From Pseudomonadota bacterium (GTDB lineage Bacteria; Bdellovibrionota; FAC87; UBA2466): 18,932 nucleotides of DNA. Shown here one piece after another: positions 16,118 to 18,932 of the stretch. The DNA is taken from assembly GCA_043718025.1 (NCBI GenBank), contig JAYSWN010000199.1, positions 1 through 18,932 of the forward strand, written 5' to 3'. Position 1 is the stretch's first letter, and each line of letters starts with the position of its first letter. Made by a program: the position numbers and the translations under genes. The notes beneath the pieces are model-generated. The model was not told the origin of the DNA. It worked only from the letters and a program-made list of their open reading frames with translations, and did no database searches.

Positions 16118-17131
16118 CTAACGCCGGCGGCCAAAAAACCATTGGGTCGGTTGATGCCAATAGACTACCGGTGCGGGAGCGGGGGTCACCCATTGTGTGA
16201 TCACCGGTTGCTGAGTGACGTTGGTGGTATGATAATTTTTGACGATGGGCGCAGGACGAGGGCCGGTCAGGGTGATGTTGCGCTCTTCGGTAGCCCCGTC
16301 GTTCGATTCATAGTCGACTGAGCCCCCAATGTTTCCTGAAATCACCAACTCAGTGTCTACGTTTCCACCAACCGTATTGCCGCTAATGCCTTGATTGAAA
16401 GAGCCCACTTGGCTGTGCCCAGCGTAGGCATCGGTTCCTGCCCCTTTTCCCGAGATTCGGGTGTCGGCTTTTTCAAGATGAATAGTCGATCTAGATAGGC
16501 TGGGAGCCCTCTGTCTCACTCGCGTCTCGACGCCGATATTTCCGTTGATCTGAGTGCGCCGCCGGACGTCGCCTCCCACTCTGGAACCGGTTATATTCTG
16601 CAAATGGGAGTCTTGAACGACTCGCCCAGGAATATTGACCACCATATTTGGTCTCGACTCTGTCTGCTGTCCGGGCTGTGCGGGAAGCGACGGGGTCGGG
16701 GGATTGGCTTCGGCACCCGGCCCGCGCGCTGGCGCCTGGCTAGCGGTCTCATCTGGCGAAGCGGGGGTCGGCGGTAGATCTCCTTCTTCGCCGCGCGACA
16801 ATTGGTCTACTTTAAGTTCACTCACTTCCACGCGTTCACAAGACCTAGCCAACTCGACCTCAAGTCTAGCGTCTGCGGGTATAGCCTTCCCTTTTTCGTT
16901 GAGGAAAGCGCCGTCTTTATTCCTCTTTAACTCAACTCCATCGGCTTTCACCGATTGCACTGGGCATCCGCGAAAGGCCAATCCCCAAGCCGCGCCTCCG
17001 GAATCAAGACCATCTACTTTCAAAGTTTGCGTCTCGTCCGCGTAAGCAGACGAAAGAGTCAGCAAGACTGCGCTTGCCAAAATCCCTCGACCGCGCCGTA
17101 ACTTTGTTTTTAACATAGCTAATTTTCCCAT
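16118..17131 (-). CDS. Secreted hypothetical protein: Cys-pair N-domain, Pro-rich linker, GNIG beta-repeat domain
   Basis: Strong RBS (AAGGAG..AAGGA) before ATG 17131 and a signal peptide ending SSAYA. Repeats ITGSRVGGDV..INGNIG and ISGNTVGGNV..ISGNIG. Confidence 0.8.
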   Translation of the reverse strand: MGKLAMLKTKLRRGRGILASAVLLTLSSAYADETQTLKVDGLDSGGAAWGLAFRGCPVQSVKADGVELKRNKDGAFLNEKGKAIPADARLEVELARSCERVEVSELKVDQLSRGEEGDLPPTPASPDETASQAPARGPGAEANPPTPSLPAQPGQQTESRPNMVVNIPGRVVQDSHLQNITGSRVGGDVRRRTQINGNIGVETRVRQRAPSLSRSTIHLEKADTRISGKGAGTDAYAGHSQVGSFNQGISGNTVGGNVDTELVISGNIGGSVDYESNDGATEERNITLTGPRPAPIVKNYHTTNVTQQPVITQWVTPAPAPVVYWHQPTQWFFGRRR

Positions 17132-17185
17132 TTCCTTTTCTCCTTGTTTTCTTTTTTGGCTGTTTTCCAACTCAGTACCGCTGAC

Positions 17186-18553
17186 CTATTTTCTCCACTC
17201 CGCCTCGGTCAATGTCGGCGTAAAACGGGCTGCCTTAAGGCATAAAACTTGATTTTCAAATTTGGTAACCACGGGGGTTTTACCTTCCGCAGTTTTTAGC
17301 TCGGCCTCTGACATTTCCTCCGCGGCGGTGAGGGTGTAGTCGCGGTCAATTCCCGTAAAGGGTCCACCGAGCCAGCTCAAATAGGATAAAGGCAGCTTGG
17401 TGGCACGGTAGTAGTGAGGTACCGGCACTACCACCTTAAGCGCCTGAAGTGCGTGACCGGCAACCAACGCCGAGATTTCCCAAACCAGTTTTTGAGCCCG
17501 GCCATTGTAATTCTTGAAAAGCATTTCCTGTGAGTCATGGAAAAAGGTGATGGCTTCTAGATCAGTGATAGGAAATTGATCCACTTTATCGGCGGCTAGA
17601 GTTTCCTGACCCTTAAAGAAACCTGCGGGGTAGGGAGAATGGTTGGCTTCGGCTTTCTGGCGCGCGTGTTTGGTTTGAATGTAATTTTCGCGATGGGGAA
17701 GTTGTTCCCACCGATTCATCGCGCCGAGATAGGTTCCGAGCGAATTACCGTATCCGATCCGAACAGAAATATTGCCGGAGCGCCGAGGTTGAATTACCAG
17801 GCGAAGTTTTTCATTTTCTTTCCGAGCCAAGCCCATTGAACTGGGCGCAACCCACACTTTACCGGTTGTCGGATCCATCAGCTCCACCGAATCAAAGAGG
17901 GCCGCAAGATTTTGCTCTGGGAAATGGTGCAGGTAGTTTGCGCCCTGGTTAAACTCCATCAAAATGCCGCTACCGAAGCGATTGCCAATGTCGCTATTGT
18001 CGGAGGCCAATTGGCAGGGGTTCAGACGCGAGGTTGAGACAGGAACCGGATAGGCTTCAGTAAATTTTTTCTGCCACTGTTTAGAGTCACCAAAAACGGG
18101 AAGTTTTGCGGTAACTCTCACCGAGCCTAACGCCAAGAGAGTTGCCTTATCAAAAATTTGATTGGGCAGCCCCTGGTTTACCACCACCACGTCAAGTGAA
18201 GTCAGTTGCGAATCATTGATATCGATGCGAACGTTCTGCTTGCCGCTAACGGTGAGGTGGTGCGAGACATTGCGCGCGGCACCAGTTAGCATCTTAAACC
18301 AGAGTGGGCTATTCACCTGCCCCGAACTCTCGAAAATAATTGAATCGTCTTTAGTTGTGACGCTCTCGCGCTGATTTGGTTTTGTTTCGGAATAAGTAGA
18401 GCGGCGTTCTTTAACGACGGTACCTTTAAAGGTTCCAAAAGTTTTGGGTTCTTGCCCAGGACCAACTGGTAGTTGATTCGGCAGCTGCCCGAACGCCATG
18501 TTAAAAAACGTAGAAAACCAAATCCAAGTCGAGATGCCCAGTTTACGTTTCAT
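17186..18553 (-). CDS. Secreted hypothetical protein (~455 aa), first gene of the operon
   Basis: Long ORF. Probable start MKRKLGISTWIWFSTFFNMAFG (ATG 18553) gives a signal peptide. No family recognised. Confidence 0.78.
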   Translation of the reverse strand: MKRKLGISTWIWFSTFFNMAFGQLPNQLPVGPGQEPKTFGTFKGTVVKERRSTYSETKPNQRESVTTKDDSIIFESSGQVNSPLWFKMLTGAARNVSHHLTVSGKQNVRIDINDSQLTSLDVVVVNQGLPNQIFDKATLLALGSVRVTAKLPVFGDSKQWQKKFTEAYPVPVSTSRLNPCQLASDNSDIGNRFGSGILMEFNQGANYLHHFPEQNLAALFDSVELMDPTTGKVWVAPSSMGLARKENEKLRLVIQPRRSGNISVRIGYGNSLGTYLGAMNRWEQLPHRENYIQTKHARQKAEANHSPYPAGFFKGQETLAADKVDQFPITDLEAITFFHDSQEMLFKNYNGRAQKLVWEISALVAGHALQALKVVVPVPHYYRATKLPLSYLSWLGGPFTGIDRDYTLTAAEEMSEAELKTAEGKTPVVTKFENQVLCLKAARFTPTLTEAEWRK

Positions 18554-18864
18554 CTTAAGCCCAATCCAATTTTCGAAATTCTGCCCAACTCGACACCCGT
18601 TTTTTTCCGACAATTTCGGTCGGCGAAGCCGTCGGACACTTCACAACTCGGCGCGTCGCTTTACTGTGTGACTTCTTTGCAGCATGGCCTGGGGAAGCGA
18701 ACTGATATTTTGTGGCGCGAATAAAGGCCCGGAGATTGAATCGAATTTCTGAGATTCAGAATTGGAATTTGCAAACAAGCTCTGGACCGCAATGAGCACG
18801 TAAGAATAACGTTTCCATCGACTGACGATTAATCAATGCTAGGAATCTGCGCTTTGATTAGTTA

Positions 18865-18903
18865 GTCCCTTTCGGGAAACGCTTCGCGTTTTCCGAAAGG
18901 GAC
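18865..18903. repeat. Strong 18-bp hairpin (REP-like or terminator-like)
   Basis: GTCCCTTTCGGGAAACGC-TTC-GCGTTTTCCGAAAGGGAC with one G-T pair. Confidence 0.7.
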
Positions 18904-18932
18904 GTGTCCTGAGGCAAAGCCGAAGGATCTTG

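Noticed and set aside
347..18724. Numerous short overlapping ORFs (e.g. 573-1019, 1527-1991, 3402-3854, 10171-10566, 13874-14206, 16635-17045)
   Set aside because: They are antisense or alternative-frame shadows of better-supported genes, with no recognisable motifs.
18865..18932. c-di-GMP-I riboswitch (GAAAGGGACG...GCAAAGCC look-alike)
   Set aside because: The motifs are not contiguous, the GGCAAA/P1 context is missing, and it is on the strand opposite the operon.

Overview
This is a bacterial chromosomal window with three zones. The high density of signal-peptide hydrolases and orphan secreted proteins suggests a Bdellovibrionota/Oligoflexia-like organism (inference only). Zone 1 (1-2973) is an accessory, partly decayed island off the 3' end of tRNA-His(GUG). 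It holds two paralogous small HTH-like ORFs in inverted orientation around a frameshifted, secreted caspase-fold (clan CD) peptidase gene, a BrnT/BrnA toxin-antitoxin pair bracketed by two att-like sites sharing a 15-bp arm, and a four-helix-bundle gene preceded by a heptamer-repeat hairpin. Zone 2 (3125-12431) is a run of envelope and hydrolase genes: MipA/OmpV-like OMP, M3 peptidase, membrane-anchored MutS-like ATPase, alpha/beta hydrolase lipoprotein, a secreted JAB-like protein, SGNH lipoprotein and a cold-shock protein. Zone 3 (12551-18553) is a five-gene minus-strand operon in which every product has a signal peptide: four proteins I cannot assign (two share GN[IV]G beta-strand repeats), an internal terminator, and a divergent trypsin-like protease with an inserted TSP3-type repeat. 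The best candidates for undescribed systems are the secreted operon and the att/HTH/cargo arrangement. No database searches were run; all calls rest on motifs read by eye.
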